In this document: positions 11,901 to 20,890 of the stretch, one piece after another
Position numbering within the stretch: the first letter of the stretch is position 1
Layout: each line of letters begins with the position of its first letter
IMG/VR virus record: IMGVR_UViG_3300037067_021324
Source: an uncultured virus (IMG/VR IMGVR_UViG_3300037067_021324)
Taxonomy: Duplodnaviria > Heunggongvirae > Uroviricota > Caudoviricetes
Direction: 5' to 3' (one strand)
Length of the DNA: 64,000 nt
Notes under the pieces: model-generated
What the model was told of the DNA's origin: nothing
What the model saw: only the letters and a program-made list of their open reading frames with translations
The model's database searches: none
Program-made: the position numbers and the translations under genes

Positions 11901-12181
11901 GAGATAATGTGTTGGTTAAAAAGAATAAATCGATGAGTACTGTAACAAAAAGGCTATTGGAGTCTCTTGATAAAACTATTATTAATGTTGATAAAACAAT
12001 TAACGAGGCAAAAAAGATTAAAAATGAAAAATCAGATATTATTAATGAAGAAAAAGTTATAGATATTTCTTTCGAAGATAATATAGAAAAAACAAATATT
12101 CTTTTTGAAAATAATGAAAAAAACAATAAAAATACTAAAAAAATATTTGATGTTTTAGATGAAATAACTTCTGAAGAATAA
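8927..12181 (+). CDS. Portal protein (T4 gp20-like) with intein and long Gly/Glu-rich C-terminal tail
   Basis: PYGR|[62 protein letters not shown]. Confidence 0.92.
   Translation: [1084 protein letters not shown]
9608..10711 (+). mobile_element. Intein (368 aa) with LAGLIDADG endonuclease in portal
   Basis: Starts [20 protein letters not shown] and IEGILDADG; ends [11 protein letters not shown] followed by +1 Ser. Confidence 0.92.
11681..11737 (+). repeat. 15-bp tandem repeat GAAGGAGAAACTCCA x3.8 (EGETP) in portal tail
   Basis: Read directly; in frame. Confidence 0.9.
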
Positions 12182-12393
12182 TGGATTCTTATAATTTAAA
12201 AAACGATTGGGAAGAATGTCAAAAAATGACCAATGAATTAGAAGAAAATATCAAATTTTTTGTAAAAAATCCAATCTCTAGAAAATGGTGTTCTTTTGTG
12301 AGAAAAAAATCAAAAGACATTGAAAAGTTGAATAAAAAAATAAAAAAAAATATTATTCGACAAAGACAGGATTATCAAAGTGATTATAGTTAA
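12181..12393 (+). CDS. Small basic helical protein, possibly Hc1 (histone H1-like) family
   Basis: W..C..M..ELE.NIKFF....VRKKSKDIEKL pattern loosely resembles Bacteroidota Hc1. Confidence 0.35.
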   Translation: MDSYNLKNDWEECQKMTNELEENIKFFVKNPISRKWCSFVRKKSKDIEKLNKKIKKNIIRQRQDYQSDYS

Positions 12394-12465
12394 GTCAGAT
12401 TTTATTATGGCTTTTTTTATGAAAATTCATAACTTTTTTATATTTTTGCGTATATTAAAGAAATT

Positions 12466-15400
12466 ATGGATAAATTTAATATTGACAATCTTAATTTAGG
12501 GGTATCAGATTATCAAACAAATGATAATCAAATGGTTGATATAAAAGATGAATTTAAAACAAACAACGCAAACACTACTTTAAAACCATTTGCACATTTA
12601 CATTTACATACATTTCATAGCATATTAGATGGATGCGGAAGTATTGATAATTATATTAAACTTGCTAAAAGATTTCATCATCCAGCAATTGCTATAACCG
12701 ACCATGGAACTCTTTCTGGAACATTTGAATTCTATAGAAAATGTAAAAGTGCTGGAATAAAACCAATTATAGGATTTGAAGCATATGTAAATGATAAAAT
12801 GGGAGATTTTGAAGAAAAGAGTTTTGAAGGAGGAAATGCTCACCAAATTATACTTGTAAAAAACAAACAAGGCTTTATAAATGCAAATAGATTAGCTTAT
12901 AAATCTTTTACAGAAGGATTTTATAGAAGAGGAAGAATAAAAACAGAATGGCTTTTTAAATATAAAGAAGGTTTAATTATAACAACATCTTGTATTGGAA
13001 GTCTTGTCGGAAAACTTTTAAAAGATAAAAAAAATGCAGAAGCAGAAATGTATTTTAAAAGGTTAAAAGATGAATTTGGGGAAGATTTTTATGCAGAAAT
13101 TCAATTAAATGAATTAAACATACAAAAAAATTATAATAGTTTTATTATTGAAATGGCTAGCAAATATAATGTTAAAATTATTATTACTGCTGATGTTCAC
13201 TATGCTTTTCCAGAAGATGCGGAATTACAAGACACACTTTTAGCTATTAATGGGAAACGTCAACTTGGACATTCATTCAAGTTTGATGTAAGAAGTCTTT
13301 ATTACAGTAGTAGTGAAGATATTTATAATTTTAATTATAAATTTGGATATGATTATAGATATGATTTCATTGATTCATGTTTGGAAAATACACTTGAAAT
13401 CGCTGATAAATGTAATTTTGATTTTGAAATAGGGATAGAAAAATTTCCAAAATATGAGCCAACTGAAGATGTAATAAAATATTGTAAATCTAAAGAAACT
13501 CCTGAAATTATTAAAAAAATAGCATTTTCAAAATTAAAACAAAAATTAAATAAATACAAAGAAAACGGTATTGTAAAACTTAATGATGAAAAAATTAGCG
13601 AATATGTAAATCGTTTGAATTATGAATTAAGTGTTATAGAAGAAAAAAAAATGTTGGATTATTTTTTGGTTAATTGGGAAATAATCAGATATTATAGAGA
13701 AAAAGGATATGACGTTGGTCCTGGAAGAGGAAGTGCTGCGGGTTGCTTATTAACCTGGTGTTTAGATATTACAAAAATTGACCCTATAAGATTTGGGCTT
13801 TATTTTGAAAGATTTTTAAATCCCACTAGAATGTCTCCTCCAGACTTAGATGTTGATTATATGTCTGATACACGTCATATTACAGAAGAATTTTTAGTAA
13901 ATAAATATGGTAAAGATAGAATATTGCATGTATCTACTTTTTCTACATTTAATGAAAAAGGATGTTTAAAAGATGTTGTTAGAGCACATTATGGAGAAGA
14001 GGCAACTGGATATGAATCTGTTGTGTTTAAAGTAACTAAAGAAATGCCTGAATGGTCAAAAGTTGATTATACCTTAAAAGATTGGTTTGAACAATGGCCT
14101 AAAGAAAAAGAGTGTTCTCCAGAAGTAAGGCAATGGCTAACAGACCCTGCAAATAAAAAAATTATTGAACAAACTTTAAAATTGCAAGGACAAATAAGAG
14201 GAGTTGGACAGCATGCTGCTGGAGTTGTAATTACTCCCACTGAATGTTGGAATGATGTCCCCACAAATATAATAGCATCAAATAAAAGTGTTGTTACTGC
14301 ATTTTCAGAAGCTGATGGAAGTGATAAAGATTTATCTAAATTAGGCATTTTAAAACTTGACATGCTTAGTCTAGAAACTTTAAATGTTATAAAAGAAGCT
14401 GTAGAATTAATTAAAAAAAGTAAAGGTATTGATTTGACAGATACAGTAGACTATTTAAATTTGGAAGATACGAACATCTATGCAGAATTAAGATTAGGAT
14501 TAAATCAAGGAGTGTTTCAATTTGAAAGTCCTGGGATGAATTCTTTAGTTAAGGGAATTAAAGTCGAAAATTTTACAGAGTTAGTTGCAGCAAATGCTTT
14601 GTTCCGTCCAGGGCCAATGAGAATCGGAGCACATCAAGATTATGCAAAAAACAAATTTAAACCAGATGAAATTAAATATCTTCATCCATCACTTGAATCT
14701 ATATTGGGGGAATCAAATGGGGTATTAATTTTTCAAGAACAAGTGATGTTTATTGCAAACAAAATTGGAGGAATGAGCTTGGGAGAAGGTGATATGTTGA
14801 GAAGATATATGGATAAGGCGGCTAAATTTATTGATAAAGAAATAAAAGGTGAAATTTTAACAGAAAATGAAAAAAATAGTAGTGATTATAAAAGTTTTTC
14901 AAAATTCTGGAATAAATTTTTAGAAGGTGCGACAAAAAATGGATATCAAAAGGAAGTGATGGAAGAAATAAAAAATTGGATGATTAAATATTTGGGGTAC
15001 TCATTCAATAAGTCACATTGCGTATGCTATGGGTATATAGCATGTCAAACATTATATCTTAAACATTATTATCCTACAGAATTTTACACTTCTTTATTAA
15101 ATCATGTTAAATCTAATAATGACAAAGAAAAAGAAAAGCAATGGATTGCTTCTGCAATTGCTTCTGCAATGTCAAAAGGAATAAAATTTGCACCACCTTC
15201 AAAAAAGTCTGGATGGAATTGGACTATGACTGGAGAAAAAGAAATTTCTATGGGATTTTCTGGTATAAATGGGCTTGGAGATAAAGCATATTCTGAATTA
15301 ATGACTCTTTTAGAAAAAAACGAAGAAACACTTGAAACAATCAAAATTCATAAATTTTTTAATTTACCCTTTTCAACCTTTAATAAAAAAGCATTTGAGG

Positions 15401-15969
15401 TATGTGTAAAAGCGGGGGTTTTTGACGATTGGTCTGAATCAAGAGAATATTTAATAGAATTAAAAAACAAGAAAAAGAAGAAGGAAATTCCAGGACAATT
15501 GGCTATTTTTGATTTAAATGCTGAAGAATTTAACCCTGTTATTAAAAATAATTCTTTTATTACTACAACACCAATACAAAAGGTCAGAGAATTTGTAGAG
15601 GTTTGTAATTTTGATTTACAGAAAATTGAAGAAATGGCAAATATTAAATTAGAACTATATAAACAAGCAGGAAGAATTATTGAAAGTATACTTAATTTTT
15701 CTGAAAATGATTATTATTTTTTTTATTTAGATAGTGTACAAGAAGCTGTTTCTGAAAAGGGTGGAAATTATTTAAACATTAAAGTTGGAGATGGAATAAG
15801 TACGACAAGTTTAAGAGTATTTCCTGCTAGGAGAAAAGTTGGTACAGATATATATGATGTAATTAAAGCAAATGCTCAAAGCAAAGGAGTTTATGTATCA
15901 GAATTTGTAAAAAATGTTAAAGGATTCATAAATTTTAAAACAAATGCCAAATTTAAACGTATAAAATAA
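12466..15969 (+). CDS. dnaE: DNA polymerase III alpha subunit
   Basis: PHP domain HLHLHT.HSILDG/AITDHG, GPGRGSAAG, FERFLNP.R.SPPDLDVD, GQHAAGVV, KLDML, YSFNKSH. Confidence 0.96.
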   Translation: MDKFNIDNLNLGVSDYQTNDNQMVDIKDEFKTNNANTTLKPFAHLHLHTFHSILDGCGSIDNYIKLAKRFHHPAIAITDHGTLSGTFEFYRKCKSAGIKPIIGFEAYVNDKMGDFEEKSFEGGNAHQIILVKNKQGFINANRLAYKSFTEGFYRRGRIKTEWLFKYKEGLIITTSCIGSLVGKLLKDKKNAEAEMYFKRLKDEFGEDFYAEIQLNELNIQKNYNSFIIEMASKYNVKIIITADVHYAFPEDAELQDTLLAINGKRQLGHSFKFDVRSLYYSSSEDIYNFNYKFGYDYRYDFIDSCLENTLEIADKCNFDFEIGIEKFPKYEPTEDVIKYCKSKETPEIIKKIAFSKLKQKLNKYKENGIVKLNDEKISEYVNRLNYELSVIEEKKMLDYFLVNWEIIRYYREKGYDVGPGRGSAAGCLLTWCLDITKIDPIRFGLYFERFLNPTRMSPPDLDVDYMSDTRHITEEFLVNKYGKDRILHVSTFSTFNEKGCLKDVVRAHYGEEATGYESVVFKVTKEMPEWSKVDYTLKDWFEQWPKEKECSPEVRQWLTDPANKKIIEQTLKLQGQIRGVGQHAAGVVITPTECWNDVPTNIIASNKSVVTAFSEADGSDKDLSKLGILKLDMLSLETLNVIKEAVELIKKSKGIDLTDTVDYLNLEDTNIYAELRLGLNQGVFQFESPGMNSLVKGIKVENFTELVAANALFRPGPMRIGAHQDYAKNKFKPDEIKYLHPSLESILGESNGVLIFQEQVMFIANKIGGMSLGEGDMLRRYMDKAAKFIDKEIKGEILTENEKNSSDYKSFSKFWNKFLEGATKNGYQKEVMEEIKNWMIKYLGYSFNKSHCVCYGYIACQTLYLKHYYPTEFYTSLLNHVKSNNDKEKEKQWIASAIASAMSKGIKFAPPSKKSGWNWTMTGEKEISMGFSGINGLGDKAYSELMTLLEKNEETLETIKIHKFFNLPFSTFNKKAFEVCVKAGVFDDWSESREYLIELKNKKKKKEIPGQLAIFDLNAEEFNPVIKNNSFITTTPIQKVREFVEVCNFDLQKIEEMANIKLELYKQAGRIIESILNFSENDYYFFYLDSVQEAVSEKGGNYLNIKVGDGISTTSLRVFPARRKVGTDIYDVIKANAQSKGVYVSEFVKNVKGFINFKTNAKFKRIK

Positions 15970-15973
15970 AGTT

Positions 15974-16510
15974 ATGACTTGTATTGTAGGTATAATAGAA
16001 AAAAATAAAGTTTATATTGGTGGGGATTCCGCTGGAGTTTCTGGTTATGATATAACAGTTAGAAAAGACACAAAAGTATTTAAGATTGATAATTTTGTTT
16101 TTGGTTGTACATCTAGTTTTAGAATGATTCAATTAATAATGTTTTCTTTTAAACCGCCAAAAAGATTAGGTGACGAAGATATTTTTAAATATATATGTAC
16201 ATCTTTTATTAATGAATTAAGATTGGTGCTTTCTAAAGGAGGATATACTAAAATTAATAATAATGAAGAAACGGGCGGAATATTTTTAGTTGGTTATTGT
16301 GGCAGATTGTTTAAAATAGAAGAAGATTTTCAAGTTAGTGAATCAGTTGATTATTATAATGCTTGTGGTTGTGGAGAATCATATGCTAAAGGGGCTTTAT
16401 TTATGATGGACAGTAAAATGAAAGTAAAAGATAAAATTATAAAAGCATTAGAAACGGCTACATATTTTTCTGTGGGAGTTAGACCACCTTTTATAATAGA
16501 AAGTGTTTAA
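15974..16510 (+). CDS. HslV/proteasome-like Ntn peptidase
   Basis: N-terminal MTCIVG (Thr nucleophile), GGDS, ACGCGESYAKGAL. Confidence 0.75.
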   Translation: MTCIVGIIEKNKVYIGGDSAGVSGYDITVRKDTKVFKIDNFVFGCTSSFRMIQLIMFSFKPPKRLGDEDIFKYICTSFINELRLVLSKGGYTKINNNEETGGIFLVGYCGRLFKIEEDFQVSESVDYYNACGCGESYAKGALFMMDSKMKVKDKIIKALETATYFSVGVRPPFIIESV

Positions 16511-16513
16511 TGT

Positions 16514-16945
16514 ATGGATATTATATTTATTGACTTAGATGACACAATGTGCGATTTTAAAAAAGCGCATAGACTTGCCATTGAAAAAGAACCTGGGATT
16601 ATATATCCCCAATCTCAATTTAAATTTTTTGAAAATTTAGAACCGATTGAAGGAGCTATTGAATCATATTTTAAACTCAAAGAAAAATATCACGTTTTTA
16701 TGTTGAGCAAGCCATCAGTTTATAATAAACTTTCTTTGACAGAAAAAATGGTATGGGTAGAAAAACATTTAGGATTCAAAGAATGTGATAAACTTATACT
16801 ATCTTGCGACAAGACTTTATCAAGAGGAAGATATCTTATAGATGATTGTATTCAAAAAGGATTATTAATTCCAGATTGGGAATTTATTCAGTTTAGGAGC
16901 TCTAAATTTCCCGATTGGAAAACTATTATAAAATATTTAATTTAA
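16514..16945 (+). CDS. 5'(3')-deoxyribonucleotidase (NT5C, HAD)
   Basis: FIDLDDTMCDF, FFENLEPIEGA, EK..WVEKHLG, DK...GRYLIDD. Confidence 0.85.
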   Translation: MDIIFIDLDDTMCDFKKAHRLAIEKEPGIIYPQSQFKFFENLEPIEGAIESYFKLKEKYHVFMLSKPSVYNKLSLTEKMVWVEKHLGFKECDKLILSCDKTLSRGRYLIDDCIQKGLLIPDWEFIQFRSSKFPDWKTIIKYLI

Positions 16946-16956
16946 AATATGATTGT

Positions 16957-17244
16957 ATGTCAACTAATTGGAAAAAATTTAAAAATGAACCAATAGAAAA
17001 CAAAATAAAGAATTTTTTTATTAATTGGGATAAAAATAAAGATGATATAATAAAGAGCAAATTGGATAAATTTTCTATTAATTGTATTCTAAGTGGTGAA
17101 CTAGATGAAAAGTCATTTGATGCTATGGCAGATTTAGTAAAAAAAGGAGCGATTTGGATGCTTGAGGAATTACAAAAAGACAAACACATGATTACAAGAG
17201 AATTGATTACCAAGTATTTAAATGATATAAAAGAAAAATATTAA
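16957..17244 (+). CDS. Hypothetical protein (start moved to ATG 16957)
   Basis: In-frame ATG after the upstream stop; operon packing. Confidence 0.55.
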   Translation: MSTNWKKFKNEPIENKIKNFFINWDKNKDDIIKSKLDKFSINCILSGELDEKSFDAMADLVKKGAIWMLEELQKDKHMITRELITKYLNDIKEKY

Positions 17245-17245
17245 T

Positions 17246-17866
17246 ATGAGTGAAGAAAAAACATATAGAGCTATAAGACATGATGTTACCAGAAAAAAAC
17301 AACGTGAAAATAGTAAAGAAGTTCATCATCCAGAGCAAAAAAAGGAACAAATTGAAAAAATATTAGTTGGGAAAACTGATTTAAAAATAATGGAACTTTT
17401 TGCAGGTCATGGTAATTTAGAATCAACATACCGAAATTATGTTGGTGAAAAAGGATTTTTAGAGCGATATGACAAATCTTTGAAAACTGGTGATAGTTTT
17501 ATTACATTTCATAAATTAATAGCTGAAAAACGAAAATATGATGTTATAGATATAGACCCTTATGGCTTTCCAAATAGATTTTTCCCTGATGTTTTTCTTT
17601 TAATAGAAGATGGAACAATGTTTATCACAATGCCAAAACCTTGGGTCAACATTCTTAATGGTATTACCAGACAACATTTAATTTGTTATTTTGGTAGTGA
17701 TAATCCAAATTTAGATGTAATTAAAGAAAGAATAAGGCTTTATGGATTGTGCCATTGGAGAGACATTGATTTCTTAGATATAGCAGATTTTGGCCGTCTT
17801 TGGAGATTTGCAGTAAATGTTAAAAAAGTTAAAGCAACAGATTATACAGGAGTTAGAAATAGATAA
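17246..17866 (+). CDS. Class I SAM-dependent methyltransferase-like protein with DPYG motif
   Basis: MELFAGHG (motif I) and YDVIDIDPYGFP (Trm1-like motif IV). Confidence 0.65.
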   Translation: MSEEKTYRAIRHDVTRKKQRENSKEVHHPEQKKEQIEKILVGKTDLKIMELFAGHGNLESTYRNYVGEKGFLERYDKSLKTGDSFITFHKLIAEKRKYDVIDIDPYGFPNRFFPDVFLLIEDGTMFITMPKPWVNILNGITRQHLICYFGSDNPNLDVIKERIRLYGLCHWRDIDFLDIADFGRLWRFAVNVKKVKATDYTGVRNR

Positions 17867-17868
17867 TT

Positions 17869-18309
17869 ATGAATTTTCATGTTTATACAGATGGTTCTTG
17901 TAAAGGTAATCCAGGGAAAGGTGGATATGCCTATATTGTTTATGACGACTTTGGGGAAGTTTGGATAAATGGTCATGGGTCAGAGTTGGAATCTACAAAC
18001 AACAAGATGGAAATTACGGCTGCAATTGAAGCTTTAAAAAAAATCAAGGAACTTTATCAAAATTATATAATTACTCTATATTCGGACAGTGCTTATTTGG
18101 TAAATTGTTTTAATGATGATTGGATTAATAGATGGAAAAAAAATGGATGGAAAACCCATAGAAAAGAAGATGTTCTTAATAAAGAACTTTGGGAAACATT
18201 ATATAATCTTGTAAAAGAAACTCATGCTATTTTTGAAAGAGTTTCCAGAAAAGATAGCAGAATTCGAGAAGTTGACAAGATGGCAAAAATGGCTACTAAA
18301 GGATTATGA
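17869..18309 (+). CDS. rnhA: Ribonuclease HI
   Basis: VYTDGSCKGNPGKGG, TNNKMEITA, YSDSAY, WKKNGWKT, VLNKELW. Confidence 0.9.
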   Translation: MNFHVYTDGSCKGNPGKGGYAYIVYDDFGEVWINGHGSELESTNNKMEITAAIEALKKIKELYQNYIITLYSDSAYLVNCFNDDWINRWKKNGWKTHRKEDVLNKELWETLYNLVKETHAIFERVSRKDSRIREVDKMAKMATKGL

Positions 18310-18891
18310 CAATATTTTTTCTAAAATATCATACTTAAAACTATCATAAGCATTTTGAAGAGTACTTAATAAAGATTTTTCTCCTTTTTCTTTTAATACA
18401 TTATTAAGCATATTTTCAATTAAATAATCTCTCCATTCATTTATTGAATATTCTCCTAAGTTTTTTTCTTTATATTTAAACTCTTTTAATAATAAAAAAT
18501 CCTTATGGAATCTGTTATTTATAAAGAGTTTTATTTTTGAAGTAACTTCTTTTTCATTACCTTTTATATGATTTTCTTTTATAATCTTTTCAACATAATG
18601 ATAAATTTCAAATTGAGAATTACTTAAAATTGAATCTATCACAATTCTTGCTTGTGATTCTGTTATTTCTTCCATATATTTTTGGGTAGAAATCTTTAAA
18701 TACTTTAATATTTCTTGATTAACTAAAGAGTTTTCGACAAGTTGTTGACCTGTTCTTTTGTAAAATAAAGTTTGCTGGTCTTTCTCTATTTTCTCTTTTT
18801 TTGACTTGCTTTTTTCTTTGATTAATTCATAAATCAAACAAATAAAAAACAAAAAAGTTATTATTAATGCCATTATTATCTTTGTATCCAT
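18304..18891 (-). CDS. Single N-terminal TM protein, possible holin/lysis-related
   Basis: Hydrophobic residues 5-24 followed by a soluble helical domain; TATTTATA upstream on the minus strand. Confidence 0.45.
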   Translation of the reverse strand: MDTKIIMALIITFLFFICLIYELIKEKSKSKKEKIEKDQQTLFYKRTGQQLVENSLVNQEILKYLKISTQKYMEEITESQARIVIDSILSNSQFEIYHYVEKIIKENHIKGNEKEVTSKIKLFINNRFHKDFLLLKEFKYKEKNLGEYSINEWRDYLIENMLNNVLKEKGEKSLLSTLQNAYDSFKYDILEKILS

Positions 18892-18969
18892 ACTCCTATG
18901 CCTGTTTAATATAAATAAGTTATAAAAAGTGAAACGATAATTTTTTATGATATTTATATAAAAAAAATA

Positions 18970-19419
18970 ATGGCTAGTGATAAAAAAAAAGTAGCTCGAA
19001 TACTAAAAGGAATTAAAAGACAAGCAAAATCACCACTAAATGCTGTAAAGAAAGCAAAGTTCATTGAAAAACAGGCTCAACGAATGACAAAAAAAATGAC
19101 ATGGCCAGAGAAGGAGTTTAAAAAACTTATGAAAGAATTGGAAATAAGGATTATTCCCCAAAAAATTGTAGGTGGAAAAATTTATGATTTTTATATACCT
19201 TTAAAAAATATTCTTGTTGAGATTGATGGAAATTATTATCATGGTGATGAAAACATATATGAAGAATTAAGTGCAATGCAACGAAGAAATAAGAAAAACG
19301 ATAAATATAAAGATGTTTTGGCAAAGGGATTGGGATATGAAATCGAAAGAATTTGGGAAAGTGATTTAAAGAACAATTACAATCAAGTTAAAGAAAGAAT
19401 AAAAGAATTAACAAAATAA
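18970..19419 (+). CDS. DUF559/Vsr-like PD-(D/E)xK endonuclease
   Basis: MTWPE, YDFYIP..NILVEIDGNYYHG, D..KD..A...GY...RIWESD. Confidence 0.8.
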   Translation: MASDKKKVARILKGIKRQAKSPLNAVKKAKFIEKQAQRMTKKMTWPEKEFKKLMKELEIRIIPQKIVGGKIYDFYIPLKNILVEIDGNYYHGDENIYEELSAMQRRNKKNDKYKDVLAKGLGYEIERIWESDLKNNYNQVKERIKELTK

Positions 19420-19425
19420 TTGATT

Positions 19426-19947
19426 ATGGAAAAATTGTTAAGGGAATATATTAGAAAACAAATAAATGAAATGTTTTATTATTTAGCTGAAGCTGGAGAA
19501 AGTGGGTCAGCCCTTGGTAATTTGCAATCCTTACAGCCAAAAGTGGACGACCAAATACAAAATGTAGAAGATTTACAAAGCATAACCAATCAAACTATTG
19601 ATTCAAATAATGAAACTATTAAACAAATAGAACTTCAAAAAAAGAATTTGGAACTTAATAAAAAAAGAGCAAACCAAGAAGTTAGTTCTTCTGTCCCAGC
19701 AGACCCATTAGCTCCTCCAAACACCGTAAACGCTTTAAAAAGTATAAATAATGCAAAATTGAAAAACATTGATAAAATACAACAAGATGGCGTTAAAAAA
19801 AGTGCAGAGCTAAAGCAACAAAATCAAGATTTGGAAAATAAATTGACTGATATGGAAAAACTTCAGAAAACCATCCAAACAACTAGTAAACAAATGAATT
19901 CTGCTCCAACTTCATCATCTTCTTCTCAGGCTTCTATGACTCCATAA
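19426..19947 (+). CDS. Coiled-coil protein with LREYIRKQINE leader (candidate internal head protein)
   Basis: Q/N/K-rich heptads; leader resembles those at 59526 and 55853. Confidence 0.5.
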   Translation: MEKLLREYIRKQINEMFYYLAEAGESGSALGNLQSLQPKVDDQIQNVEDLQSITNQTIDSNNETIKQIELQKKNLELNKKRANQEVSSSVPADPLAPPNTVNALKSINNAKLKNIDKIQQDGVKKSAELKQQNQDLENKLTDMEKLQKTIQTTSKQMNSAPTSSSSSQASMTP

Positions 19948-20038
19948 ATTTTTTTATTTTAAGAGAAACTAAAAATTTTTCTATTTACTTTATTTTTTTA
20001 TTTTTATATAATTATAATAAATTAATATAAAATTAAAT

Positions 20039-20890
20039 ATGGAAAATCAAAATCAAGACAAAAGAATTATTGTTGGACAGAATAAAATAGAAAATAAAAT
20101 TGGAGAGCAAAACATTCCTAAAGAATTTATTGACGATGAATTTTTAGTTCCAACGGAAGAAATTGAACTTCCTTCTATGGGGGTTTTTTATCCTAATGGC
20201 AAAAAAACAGTTAAAATAAAGTATTTAACTGCAGAAGAAGATGATGTCTTATTTTCTCCAGAACTTATAAAAAGTGGCAGGGTTCTAGATGCATTACTAC
20301 AGATTGTTGTATTAGATAAAGATTTAAATCCAGATGATATGATTGTTGGAGATAGAAACACTATCCTTATTCATATGAGAAGAAATGGTATGGGAGAAGA
20401 ATATAAACCTGGAAAAATGACATGCCCAAGTTGCGGGGAACAATATGACCCAATAGTTGATTTAAGTTTGTTAAAGCTTAAACTTTTAGAAAATAAACCT
20501 GATGAAAAAGGAGAATATGAATTTTTGCTTCCAATTATGAAGAAAAATATAAAATTTAGATTTTTGAATGGAAAAGATGAAAATAGAATTAGTAAAGCTA
20601 CTCAAGTGACAAAAAAGGGGGGGAATTCAAACTATAAAGTATCTAAAGCTGTAACTGAAAGATATAGATTGCAAATAATGGAAGTTGAAGGAAATAGAGA
20701 TAAACTTTACATATCAAGATTGATTTCTGCTATGCCAATGAAAGATTCTTTGGTTTTTAGAGAATATGTTAAATTAATTTCTCCAGGAATAGATTTTAAT
20801 TATGAATTTGAATGTACAAATTGTGGACATCATTATGAAGATGAAGTTCCAATGACTTATAGGTTATTTTATCCTAATGCAGATTTATAA
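20039..20890 (+). CDS. T4 gp26-like baseplate hub/tail assembly chaperone, copy 1
   Basis: ELPSMG.FY, KYLTAEEDD.L, GDRN.IL..MR..G.G, CPSC, KFRFL.GKDE, CTNCG. Confidence 0.8.
   Translation: MENQNQDKRIIVGQNKIENKIGEQNIPKEFIDDEFLVPTEEIELPSMGVFYPNGKKTVKIKYLTAEEDDVLFSPELIKSGRVLDALLQIVVLDKDLNPDDMIVGDRNTILIHMRRNGMGEEYKPGKMTCPSCGEQYDPIVDLSLLKLKLLENKPDEKGEYEFLLPIMKKNIKFRFLNGKDENRISKATQVTKKGGNSNYKVSKAVTERYRLQIMEVEGNRDKLYISRLISAMPMKDSLVFREYVKLISPGIDFNYEFECTNCGHHYEDEVPMTYRLFYPNADL

Noticed and set aside
11374..12126. 250-aa minus ORF and 11448..11783 alternate-frame ORF
   Set aside because: Shadows of the low-complexity portal tail.
18970..19419. Vsr-like nuclease as a mobile homing element or intron ORF
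   Set aside because: It interrupts no gene and has no flanking intron-like structure; it has its own late-type motif.
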